The notes beneath the pieces are model-generated. The model did no database searches, was not told the origin of the DNA, and worked only from the letters and a program-made list of their open reading frames with translations. From the NCBI GenBank assembly GCA_937625935.1, contig OW569351.1, positions 580,260 through 644,259 of the forward strand: a DNA stretch of 64,000 bases. The letters run 5' to 3'. The position numbers were made by a program, and so were the translations under genes. Within the stretch, counting starts at the first letter, position 1; each line of letters opens with the position of its first letter. Shown piece by piece: positions 33,835 to 43,834 of this stretch. This DNA is from Tetramitus jugosus. Lineage: Eukaryota; Protista; Heterolobosea.

Positions 33835-33938
33835 GTCCCGATTATGTAGGAGCGTTAAGGTGTCTTCTCGGGAAATCATAATTTTTTTATTATGGGTTTT
33901 ATTTCACCGAACTACATCCTTAAGGTGTGATGTGTTCA
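33835..33938 (+). ncRNA. Predicted Fanzor omegaRNA (scaffold ~33835-33919/23 plus ~15-nt flank-derived guide)
   Basis: Stem TCCCGA(33836-41)/TCGGGA(33868-73); stem CATAAT(33877-82)/ATTATG(33889-94); pseudoknot ATGTAG(33844-49)/CTACAT(33912-17); located between the Fanzor stop and the right end. Confidence 0.7.
33908..33919 (+). repeat. Right terminal inverted repeat CGAACTACATCC
   Basis: Reverse complement of 30248-30259, followed by TTAA. Confidence 0.9.
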
Positions 33939-34009
33939 TTTTATCGGCTTTGTAGCCAACCAGTGGTCAAAAAGCGGAACAACAGGAAACATTCACGAGT
34001 TCGATCATT

Positions 34010-34489
34010 GTGGATGCAAGGAGGTTAGTGATCAAGTGGCTACTTGACAGTTGCTTTGAATTGTCTGTTCCGTGTCTAAAGAGCACAAAATCAGAGCATG
34101 ACGAGGATGGTAGTGAGGATGGTGAGGAGGAGAATCATCGTGGAGATGCCTTCCCATCGAAAAAGCAAAAAAGAAGTGAAGAGATTGAGTTTGCCAGTGG
34201 TCCTGATGCGTTGCAAGTGATTGGTGAGATGGAACGTGACATGTTTTGTCAAAATTTACTCGCCTTGTTGAAATTGTCAGTGTCGGATCAATTGAGTACC
34301 AATACGTTTGTTATCGATGGTGTAAATCAGATTCAGATGCTTCAAGTGGGAGAAACGAAACAAGAAGAAACATTCAACTCGGACGAGTCGTTGTTTGCGG
34401 TTTTCCTGGAGCTTTGGCACTGCATTTCTTTTCACAATCTTAGCTCATGGCTAGTGGAAAGGAACTCTGGTGATTGTTGTGAATCATAA
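34010..34489 (+). pseudogene. Hypothetical protein fragment
   Basis: 159-aa ORF with GTG start and an acidic/basic patch; no recognisable domain. Confidence 0.3.
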
Positions 34490-34524
34490 GGAGAAGCAGG
34501 ATCATTTCATTTTGATATACAACC

Positions 34525-35592
34525 TCACTCAGCAGCTCTATTTACTATTAGTAGATCAGAAGCACCATCTCCACCTCCACCCCACCCAAATTTTTGAGTA
34601 ATATCGGACAAGGGTGTTCTCTCTTTTGAAGGTTGTACAGTCGACCTTCTAATCTCTTTGTTAATATTCTGAAGATGCTTCCATGCATCACTCATGTACA
34701 TTCTCTGACGCCAATCAGTAATCATACAGCCTCCAATTATCGCTTTTAGGTGATTGAAGCAAGGAGCATATTCTTCACCAAAAACTGAACTAAAGGTTTC
34801 GTATGCCTCATTCATGTATTTGGATATCATACTATGGCACTTTTGGTTTTCGATAGTGTTTGTGACAGGCTGAATGAAGCATTCATCCCCTGTCAACATC
34901 AATTTTAGATAATGGGCAAATAAAACACCAATCGAAAAGATATCCATGGCTGTATTGATAAGAAAATCGTCCCCACATACAAATGGTCGTGTTCTTCCAA
35001 TAGTACCCGTTATTGAATGAGTCAATGAGTAGCTGCAATTCATATCGATAATAACAGCATCATGCAATTCAAAGTCATTTTCCACAACTATGTTCGATTT
35101 TCTGAACATGACGTTCCAAATCGATAGGTCACCATGAATAATAGTCTTCCTATGCAATTCCTTTACACCTTTCATTATTCCAATCATTAGGTGACAAAGG
35201 ATTTTCAATTTAGATCCCCCTGAAAGTTTTTGAATCTTACTGTAACTCAAATATTGGTCAAAGGGTACAAGTGTTTCTGTAACTGTTAAGTAGCACATTT
35301 TCCAGTATTTCACTTGTATTTCACTCTCCATTTTAGTTTTCCACTCAATAGGTGCCTTATTCACTCGTTCATGTTTCAAAATTTGAACCAAATTCATATG
35401 TTTCGGCACTTCACTCATTACTTTCTCTTCATCAACTGTTCCAATTGAAAGTTTCACAAACACTGGATATTGTGTTGATTGTGATTTTTGAGAGATAAAA
35501 GCAAAGCATTTGCTATTGTGCATCAACTCTCTGTTAATCGTAAATCCTAGCTCCAGTACAATCTCTGCCATTGATGAACAGTAATTCGTCAT
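34525..35592 (-). CDS. Divergent protein kinase (FunK1/Crinkler-kinase-like)
   Basis: PVFVKL, IHGDLSIWNVMF, VIIDMN, MDIFSIGVLF. Confidence 0.75.
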   Translation of the reverse strand: MTNYCSSMAEIVLELGFTINRELMHNSKCFAFISQKSQSTQYPVFVKLSIGTVDEEKVMSEVPKHMNLVQILKHERVNKAPIEWKTKMESEIQVKYWKMCYLTVTETLVPFDQYLSYSKIQKLSGGSKLKILCHLMIGIMKGVKELHRKTIIHGDLSIWNVMFRKSNIVVENDFELHDAVIIDMNCSYSLTHSITGTIGRTRPFVCGDDFLINTAMDIFSIGVLFAHYLKLMLTGDECFIQPVTNTIENQKCHSMISKYMNEAYETFSSVFGEEYAPCFNHLKAIIGGCMITDWRQRMYMSDAWKHLQNINKEIRRSTVQPSKERTPLSDITQKFGWGGGGDGASDLLIVNRAAE

Positions 35593-36924
35593 GAGATTTC
35601 TTGAGGAGCTTGAGGACGATGTAGAACCCCTATCTCTTTGCCCTTATATCCCTTGTTGTTACGACTGGAAGAATTATCTTTGTTGTTCTTTCGTTGACGA
35701 TAGTCATTGTTGTCATTTTCATCATTATTTTCATTATTGTTGTCATCACTATCATCATTATTGAGGTAATCCTGCTTGTTGTACGTTAATTCAAATCTTT
35801 TTTCAAAGATTCCGTGCCTAAGAGTTCCTTTTCTAACATGACAGCCATACTGGTCTCTCCAAATGAGATCAACTTCACAATTTCTTGCTCCCGAGAGAAT
35901 ATGCAATTGACTGTCTTGTTGGATAAAACCTAGAGAGCGTTTCGCTATTACTAGGGAAGTCAATAATCTATCTTGCAACTGTTGACTCATTTCCTCAGTT
36001 GTCATATCGACATCTAGTTGTCTCATAATTCTATGAACATTCGAAAATATCTTCATATCAATTTCTGGTAACTCTACACAGCATTTTTTGAGAGCAGCAC
36101 CACAAGCGAACATGTCGGTCACTATTTCACACTTTACAACAGATGTGGTAAGCTTCAGTTTTTTGGGTGTTTCTTGGATGAGTGTCTCTTCTTTTTTCTT
36201 TGGTTCCGGTGTTCTTGGGATCAAATCATCTGATGATCGCTCGGATGTTTCCTCTTGTTTCTTGAGAGGTGTATCATCATACTTAATCAACCAAGAATTT
36301 AGAAATTGTTCTAATGGTTGTGGCAAGGCAGGAATGTCAGCATTATGAACGACAACATCATTCTTGTGTTTCCCCCAAATTGGTTTGTTCAGTCGAAATT
36401 GCAGTTCAGCTGCCAAACCTCTTATCAATTCCACTTCATCAGAAAGTGTTCCTTGTGTCTCTAGCTTTTTAGTTACTTGGTTAATCTTTCTTAACAGCCT
36501 GGAGACCTCCTCGCTGTTGATCGTCCCACTTGATGAAACATGTTCTTGGATCCTATTGTTGATGTACTCTTCTTCATCTTCACTGCCACCACTGGGCTGA
36601 TAATTTTGGTCCTTCGAATCATCTGCTGGTTCTTCCTCTCTTTCATCTTCAGTCTTGTTCTTCTTGTTTGGATGACCTGAAGTACGTATTAGATGGCAGA
36701 GCACAGAGAAAAAAAACTGAACAATTCATACCATTTGCTTCAGCATCACGAACCCTCTTTCCATTCCTCAGCATTTTTTTCTTGTCCGTTAGGTCTTTTC
36801 GCGGGAAGGAAACAGCATCAAGCGAACCCATGAACCATTGATGAACAATAATTCGTCATGAGATTTCTTGAGGAGCTTGAGGACGATGTAGAACCCCATC
36901 TCTCTCTTTGCCCTTATATCCCTT
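35568..36924 (+). repeat. ~90-bp imperfect direct repeat (35568-35654 and 36835-36924)
   Basis: CCATTGATGAACA(G/A)TAATTCGTCATGAGATTTCTTGAGGAGCTTGAGGACGATGTAGAACCCC...CTTTGCCCTTATATCCCTT present twice. Confidence 0.9.
35589..36704 (-). pseudogene. Upstream partner ORF of the kinase; probable N-terminal/REase-like part of a disrupted Crinkler-like gene
   Basis: 371-aa ORF whose TGA overlaps the kinase ATG; weak E...VD...GIFEKR pattern. Confidence 0.4.
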
Positions 36925-37275
36925 CTTTCTTTGAAGGCTGGTCATGCACAACGGCCTTCTAGCATGGAGGACGAATCCATTTGTCAACAAGAGTTCTTGG
37001 ATGATTCCAGACTTGAATGGCCAACCATTCCATGGATTAGGATTATGGGATGTTCCGCCGGAGTATTGCGATTACAACAAAATTCAGTCACTTCAAAATC
37101 CACCCACAGCTGAAGCGTCAAAAGTACCCGTTGTTCGTTGTATAGTTTGTAGAGTTCTTCAATGGTTGTTGCATGAACAGTGAATCCTTGAGATTATTTT
37201 GATACAACCGCTTGTTCTTAAGGTGGCGGTTTGACTCGGCCAAGAAGACTCTCGTCGTATTTAAACCTTAAGTGA

Positions 37276-38584
37276 TTGTCATGGGAAAATGCTCTTTCTT
37301 ACGACAAGAAGCAAGATAATTTCAAAATTGCTGCTAGAGTTCTGAAACTTATACACTCTTTACAAACCATTGTAGAAAGCTTCTTGGTCCAACATACCTA
37401 CAGTCCCAAACCTAAGAGAGCTAAGAGGACTACAGAATCTGAGGAAGAGGGTGAGAATTTCCAACAATTGTGTTTTTCATTACTTTATCGGCTCACTACC
37501 TTCCATAGATCTTTGCCTTATCGTGTTGAAAGCCTTTCACAAAGACTAACGTCGCTGTGATCAAGTACATACATGGGAACTTCAACCATAGTGATTCTTT
37601 TTTATGCTGTTTTAGGAAATTCCCTGAGCCACAGTTTAGACTGTTCGAGAGAAAGATTATTAGTGGAATGCCCAGGCTAACTCTAGGTCCCACAACAAGG
37701 CGAAGTCGAGTGAAAGAAAAAACATAAGCCATCTATTCGAAAGTAGATTGAAGGGCAATGTACGCAGTGTGAAGGAGGTAATCCCCTCATACAGAGTGGC
37801 TAGGAATCAAGTCAAGGAGTTCATTTTCAAATTTCTATCTACAATGTATGATGATAATGAAGGTACGGAAAATAATTTGAACTCTAAAGTTGAAGATGAT
37901 GATTGGGTGAAGTTGAGGACTGAGTTGTGCAAGTATCAATGGGCAAAGAAAGGAGAGAACACATATGTGATCTATCAACTTTTGGCTATTTACTGTTCTG
38001 TGGCTAACTTTTTTTCGATCGATTTGCATAATGACCAACAAGGGGGGAACAGGATGTTCTTGTGGACCAAAATTTTATTCACATTGTTTGACTTGAACTT
38101 AATAGAGAGAGCTTCTCTAGACCGAATAACATTCGGAGGACTTCTCGAGTTTTGGATCCTAATTGTATCCGGTCATTGGATTCAGGAGCTTTGGGAGTTC
38201 ATCGATGATGAAGAAAATGCATGGCATGAACTTCAATCTTGTCCAAACCACAGGACATGTGTCTTATCTGGTCCTAATATGGATGAAACAGGGGATTATT
38301 TTATGTCCATGTTACAGCAAGGGGTGTACAGAGTATCTCACGATGAAGACGTAAAAATTCTGGACGAGGAGCAGGATTCATCTTCATTCCTGGATAAGGA
38401 AGAACTTCAATATTTGTTCGAGGGACTTAGATCCTCAACTGATGAGGATGAGGAGGTTTCAACTGTATCAAAGAAAGTAACACCCAAGAAGACCTCCAAG
38501 GCCTCCAAGAAACCTGATACTATTGACCAGGTCACAGTACTAACCAAACCAAGAAGTTCTTCAAGAAGAATTTCATCACCTTAA
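37276..38584 (+). pseudogene. Hypothetical protein, fragmented or frameshifted
   Basis: Collinear 94-aa and 278-aa ORFs without ATG starts; no recognisable domain. Confidence 0.35.
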
Positions 38585-38975
38585 TTGATTTTAGTATAAA
38601 AAAATAAAGATGTCACTTTTGGCTTATGAAAGAAGTAACTCATCTCCTTCATTTACCAGAGCTGTTTCGTACATACACTGTTAATGTTGACTATTCGAAT
38701 CAGAACATTCCCAAAGCATCGCACCATCTCCTGACGCTCCAACGACGTTCTTAGATGCAAACCAATTTGAAACTCGATCTACACTAGGATCATGAATACG
38801 TATCGGGTGGCATACGCAGTTGGAATCACAACTACTGAAGTTCAACCGAACGTATTCAATGAACCGATTCTACCGAATACACAAGAACAAAAAGTCATTC
38901 CAATATTCAACTAAATCGGGGCAATTATCATGTTCGCCAAGTCGTGTTATTTTCTAGGCTTTTGCCCGCCGCCCG

Positions 38976-41123
38976 ATGCATCCTTTTTCAAAAGGACAAG
39001 AGATGAGCAATTATCAAACCGGTCATCAGTCTTGGAACATTATTAATCAGCCACTTAAGAATCCGAACAATGGATTCCAGCTCGGACCTTCAGATAAAGA
39101 AGTTGTCACACCTGCCGTTGTTGTTAAAGACAAAAGAATGGTGGCTAAGAAGATGCAGGAAGCCAATTGGGAACCAATACTTTTTAAGGATGGTGCTACC
39201 TCTCTCTCAGTCCATAGTATTGATTCTGTTGATGATCTTGATTTTTCTGCTGTTTCTTCTTCGAAGATCCGTTCGAAGACCAGTTCCAAATCGAAGAAAC
39301 GTGGGACAAAATCGCATCGTGTTCTGTTGGATCAATTGAGAATCGAAGACAGTCTTCCAGTCGACCAAACCAAAATGGACGAAAGCATGTCGTATGTAGA
39401 ATTGGGTGTCGAGAGGGGTGACACGTTGGAACATGTTTATGATGAGCATATGAGAGTGGGAAACTACGCATATGATATCATTGTCCCTCATCATATTCTT
39501 GAGCCATTTCGACAGTTTGTACCCGCAGAATTGCAACCGGAGTATAGATACAATATATTTTCTCAAGAAAAGGAGCTGAAGACGCACTATGCCTACTTGG
39601 GCTGCCATGGAACTGGCACAGGCATTCACTGGGACATCTTTTCCTCCATTGGAATCAATCAAATGGTAGGTATCTACTACCCGGACAAGAAAGCAGATGT
39701 CTGTATCATCGGTTCCAAGGATAAAGATATCAAGGCTCAAAAAGACTCGATGTATGCTATATGGGTGTTTGGGGCTCCCCAACACCGTGAGGCTCTTCTC
39801 TCAAAGGTCCACAACTTGGCTACTGGTAAGAGATTCCTGCATTGGAGAAAGATATCAGATCTGGGATTGCCTTGTGTTTTTTTGAAGCAAAGTATTGGTG
39901 ATATCGTCATCATACCTCCTGGTTGGTTGCATCAGGTTTCCAACGTCAGTCATGACATGGATAAGGATGAGCGAGCCTGCTTAAAGATAGCATGGAACGT
40001 ACTGCATGTCAAGGATTTACCACTTACAAATGCAGAGTACGAAGTCCATCGAGCATATCACAGGGATACTACCTATGTGGTCCGCGCGTCTGCGTTTAGG
40101 TGTCTTTCTAATTTGCTAAACATGCATAAGCATAGTGATAAGGATAAGGAAGTCGTTCGAACGCTTTACAGTACCTTATCGCACTGGTTTGATGAGATAA
40201 GGCTTGATATTGATGTCATTCCCAGTTTGACACCAAACAAGGATTGTCTCACCTCCTATATGTGCTCTAGATGTGCCACTGATTTATTTGTCTTTGGATT
40301 CAACTGTTCTAGTTGTTACTCATTTCTCATTTGCCACAAGTGTGTCCTGATGAATGATACTTTGTGTCATCCTGAGAATTACAAGGTAGTTAGAACGAAC
40401 GATGTAGCATTCGAGGACGTCGACAAAACTCTGTCCAAAGCTCGAAGTCATCTGGAACAGTGGAATATTCAAATTGAACCAAATGAAGTCCCAAAGTTCA
40501 CTTGTGCCATGGCTCTTCAAAAGATTGAATATGAAAGAAGCAAGATGATGCTCCAGAAATTTCAACAATTGCTATTGAACGATAACGAACTGAAAGGCAA
40601 GTTGAAGAAATGTCACTTTTTTGAAGATGAAGAAAATGGCCTGGTTATCAGAGAGCTCACTCAACTGGAACTAATAATTGAAGCAACAAAGGTCGAACAA
40701 CATTACCTCTGGAAATTCAACTCTCGAAACATCTTACGTTTCGCAATCAAGGCCATAACTCCCGAGGATGTGATAGTGTTGAATATTCATCAAAACTTTC
40801 TATCCGATAATCACAAAGTCCAGATGGAGATTCTTTTGGGTCCAATGAAACCGTTGGTGTCAATATTGAATTTATTGAATGATAAACCTGAGGATGATCG
40901 AGAAGGTGCCATCATTGCTCTGACCGGCATTTTGCAATCAATCACGGATATAGGAAACAAGGCAATTAAGAGCAAAGGAGATGTACAAGAACCACCAAGA
41001 AAGAAACAAAGACTTCCAGCTGAAGGCTTCTGTTTGTCAATTGGAAAGCTGGTTCGAGTATGTGATAGTATTGATCAATGGTACTACCACAACGAACAAA
41101 AGAATATTATTTTCATGATTTAA
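38976..41123 (+). CDS. JmjC-domain protein with Cys-rich (C5HC2-like) zinc finger
   Basis: GTGIHWDIFSS (HxD), QSIGDIVIIPPGWLHQVSN (H), KIAWN; CSRC...CSSC...CHKC. Confidence 0.85.
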   Translation: MHPFSKGQEMSNYQTGHQSWNIINQPLKNPNNGFQLGPSDKEVVTPAVVVKDKRMVAKKMQEANWEPILFKDGATSLSVHSIDSVDDLDFSAVSSSKIRSKTSSKSKKRGTKSHRVLLDQLRIEDSLPVDQTKMDESMSYVELGVERGDTLEHVYDEHMRVGNYAYDIIVPHHILEPFRQFVPAELQPEYRYNIFSQEKELKTHYAYLGCHGTGTGIHWDIFSSIGINQMVGIYYPDKKADVCIIGSKDKDIKAQKDSMYAIWVFGAPQHREALLSKVHNLATGKRFLHWRKISDLGLPCVFLKQSIGDIVIIPPGWLHQVSNVSHDMDKDERACLKIAWNVLHVKDLPLTNAEYEVHRAYHRDTTYVVRASAFRCLSNLLNMHKHSDKDKEVVRTLYSTLSHWFDEIRLDIDVIPSLTPNKDCLTSYMCSRCATDLFVFGFNCSSCYSFLICHKCVLMNDTLCHPENYKVVRTNDVAFEDVDKTLSKARSHLEQWNIQIEPNEVPKFTCAMALQKIEYERSKMMLQKFQQLLLNDNELKGKLKKCHFFEDEENGLVIRELTQLELIIEATKVEQHYLWKFNSRNILRFAIKAITPEDVIVLNIHQNFLSDNHKVQMEILLGPMKPLVSILNLLNDKPEDDREGAIIALTGILQSITDIGNKAIKSKGDVQEPPRKKQRLPAEGFCLSIGKLVRVCDSIDQWYYHNEQKNIIFMI

Positions 41124-41522
41124 TACAAGCAGAAGATAGACAGAGAGGGTACCGACTACATTGTAGATAATAAAGAGGTTTGAAAGTTGCCATACCTAGA
41201 AATTCATTTGCGGTATCTTCACTCCTTGATCCTATCCCTCGAACAGAGATACGTTTATCATCTCAAACATAGATGGAAGTGCAACTACGGACGATATTGA
41301 ACCAGGATACGTTTGTGATAGCAAACGTCTGTGAGTTCACAACTACGGTTGTTCAACTTTCCAACATGGACAAAACAGACAATGACAAGTTGATTTCAAA
41401 CAAATAACTAAAGAAATAAAATGAATCCCTGTAGTGACATCATCCTCTATTTATTCGACCAGTATATCGACACGCGTCAATACTTTTTCCATACAACCAT
41501 GACTGGATTGAAGTGCTACACA

Positions 41523-41618
41523 CCAATCACGATTCCTGTTGGTCGCACTAATAAGGGCAATCCCCTCAGTCAAGGTCAAGAAGAATATAATGCCAAACAG
41601 AGAAGTGCGAGAGCTCGA
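41523..41618 (+). pseudogene. Remnant of a PIF/Harbinger-ISL2EU (DDE_Tnp_4) transposase
   Basis: PITIPVGRTNKGNPLSQGQEEYNAKQRSAR matches the P..K...L...Q..YN.....R motif that precedes the catalytic E; truncated there. Confidence 0.5.
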
Positions 41619-42489
41619 CCTATTTTTCGGTTGTAAAACCAAAATCCCGCGCCACCTTCGGGGAAATTAAAACAAAGTTGAAGAGTTTCACCACAGCATG
41701 GGCTGAAAGTGAACACCAACAAGATTACCTGTTTTCCATTGCTTGTGGAATCAGTTGTTGTTGTTGTATGAAAAGAATTGAAAAGATGTGCCACTTTTCG
41801 CATGTGTAACATGGTCAACCGAAAAAAAAACACCGACAACAAAAAATTGTTGAAAAAAAAACATCCAATCAAGCACAACCATCACAACAACTCAACAACA
41901 CTCTCTTGTTTTTTTTGAATCATGAAGTCAATGTTTGTGAGGCTTGCTTTGGTGCGACTCCACAGAGTACATCAAAGCACGAAGATTGAACATTGATGAC
42001 ATGAAGCCAAAATAACAAGTTGATATCATTGAGTCGTGTGCAAAGAGGCTGACTTTGGGAGATTGCTAAAGCTCTCTCTCAAGGTATGAAGATTGCACAT
42101 TGACTCAATAGATAGAACAAGTAATAATGTTGTTGCTGCTGTGAAGAGTGAAAATGATGATTGTTGTCTTGTTTAGGCATCTTTTTTCTGTCAAAACAAT
42201 CTTTTATTTGTGTTTGTCTCCCTCCCTCTTTTTTTTTGAATTACAACCAGAGTGGTTGCGCTGTAGATTTCGTAAAATGCCGTCACTTTGTTTGTTGTCA
42301 GTCAGAGCATTAACAACCATCTAGCTCCTTCGAGCTTGTGAAGAGGCGATGCATCACCTCAACACATCTCCGTTTCGTGTGGTGCACAAACAGATTTGCC
42401 TGCACCTTTTTGTGACCTCCTTCTGCACTGACTTCTTTGGTCACTTGCTTTGTCGCTCCTTTTCTCTTCACCAACCTTGTCTCTATGTT

Positions 42490-43834
42490 TTCTGGCCTTT
42501 CATAGTTGTTGTTTTCTTCGATCTCGAAGTTGTCCTTGCACATGAGGTGTGACTGGTGTTGTGTCGTGACTACACGGCGGAAGATCATCTTGAGTATATT
42601 TCTTTATCTCACTACACTCACTCCAAAGCTACTATACCTCTTGGTCAAATCAGAATTCTTTAACCCCTTGTTATTGGCGCCCAAAATATTTCGCTCTTGT
42701 GAGATTCCCTCTCCACCATAACTTTCCTTTTTATTTGTTTGATTGATATTTGACAGCCAGTAAAATTATAGTGTAGTCATATCGTTTGATGTTCGTGTTC
42801 TTGTAATTCGCACTCCTGAAACAACTTTCCCAATCCATCACATACTATGTGACACATCTCTCCTTCAACAACTGAGACTCTCTGTCTTCATATAAATTCT
42901 TCAGAATTCTACTAAATGCATTCTTTGGTGTACCAACTATCTCTGTCACTGCATTCTCATAGTTCTCTGATGATCTTTAGTGTAGGATGCATTCATCAAA
43001 AAGCACTTCAATTTGAACCTCTTATTATCTGCTGTTCCAGATCTGGACATCTCATACTGCTTCAAGTAGGTATCTAGATTCTTACCTTTGAGTAGAGCTA
43101 CTTCCTTCGTAGTTATAGCACGTAATACTATCTGTTGTTGCTTCTGCTGTTGTGTTGTATCTGCTGAGGTGGATGCCGATGTTCCAGAGTTAATCTGCTG
43201 CTGTGATTCTCTGATGAGGTCTGGCAGAGCTGTATTTTCAACATCTTCCTTCTGAGTCTGTTGTATCTCTTCTGGTTTCTTCTGCTCATACTCTCGAATG
43301 GCTTTCATCTGTATATACTTTGGATCAAAGATCTGGCAGTCATTGTCATAGAAAAAGCTCTCTCTAATCACATGTATAGTTCTATATCTGTTTGAGTCCA
43401 TAGATACGCTTTAGATCGCAAACGTAGGTGGAACTTCACCTACAGTTCCGCAAATTGAAATATCACTTGAGACAAGATATAGAACTATACATGTGATTAG
43501 AATATCATCTAAGTGTATAGAGGAATTCTTGCTGCACATGTATCTTGTGTCACATACCTTTTTACCACGTACTACAAGTTTATCGAGTGATATCAGCCAT
43601 TGAGACATGTCGTTATCTTGGTCTGATAAACATAAGGTGATGATAAGAAGTATTTTGTATTTGATATGGATGTAGGAAGAAGCTGTGAGATCCGAAATGC
43701 AATATCATAGACGTTGAGACATCAATAGAATTTAACGATTTAATGAGTTTTGATACCCTCGGAAGAACTAAATCATTGGATGTCCTTTCTCCAAAAGAGC
43801 CAAAATCACCCACGATGAAAATCAAAGCCACCAT
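42490..43834 (-). pseudogene. Decayed gene with a SAP-like motif; possible tyrosine-recombinase remnant downstream
   Basis: LLKGKNLDTYLKQYEMSRSGTADNKRFKL (SAP-like); fragmented downstream frames include FRRVVTT...HLMC...NYERP. Confidence 0.3.

Larger units (their letters stand above)
30248..33919 (+). mobile_element. Non-autonomous Fanzor1-carrying DNA transposon with 12-bp TIRs and TTAA (or TA) target-site duplication
   Basis: Left TTAA(30244-47)+GGATGTAGTTCG(30248-59); right CGAACTACATCC(33908-19)+TTAA(33920-23). The TIRs are exact reverse complements and enclose the Fanzor ORF. No transposase inside. Confidence 0.9.

Noticed and set aside
33855-33863. Internal TTAAGGTGT identical to the right junction (possible self-target or alternative end)
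   Set aside because: Only 5 nt match beyond TTAA and no TIR adjacent; compatible with chance.
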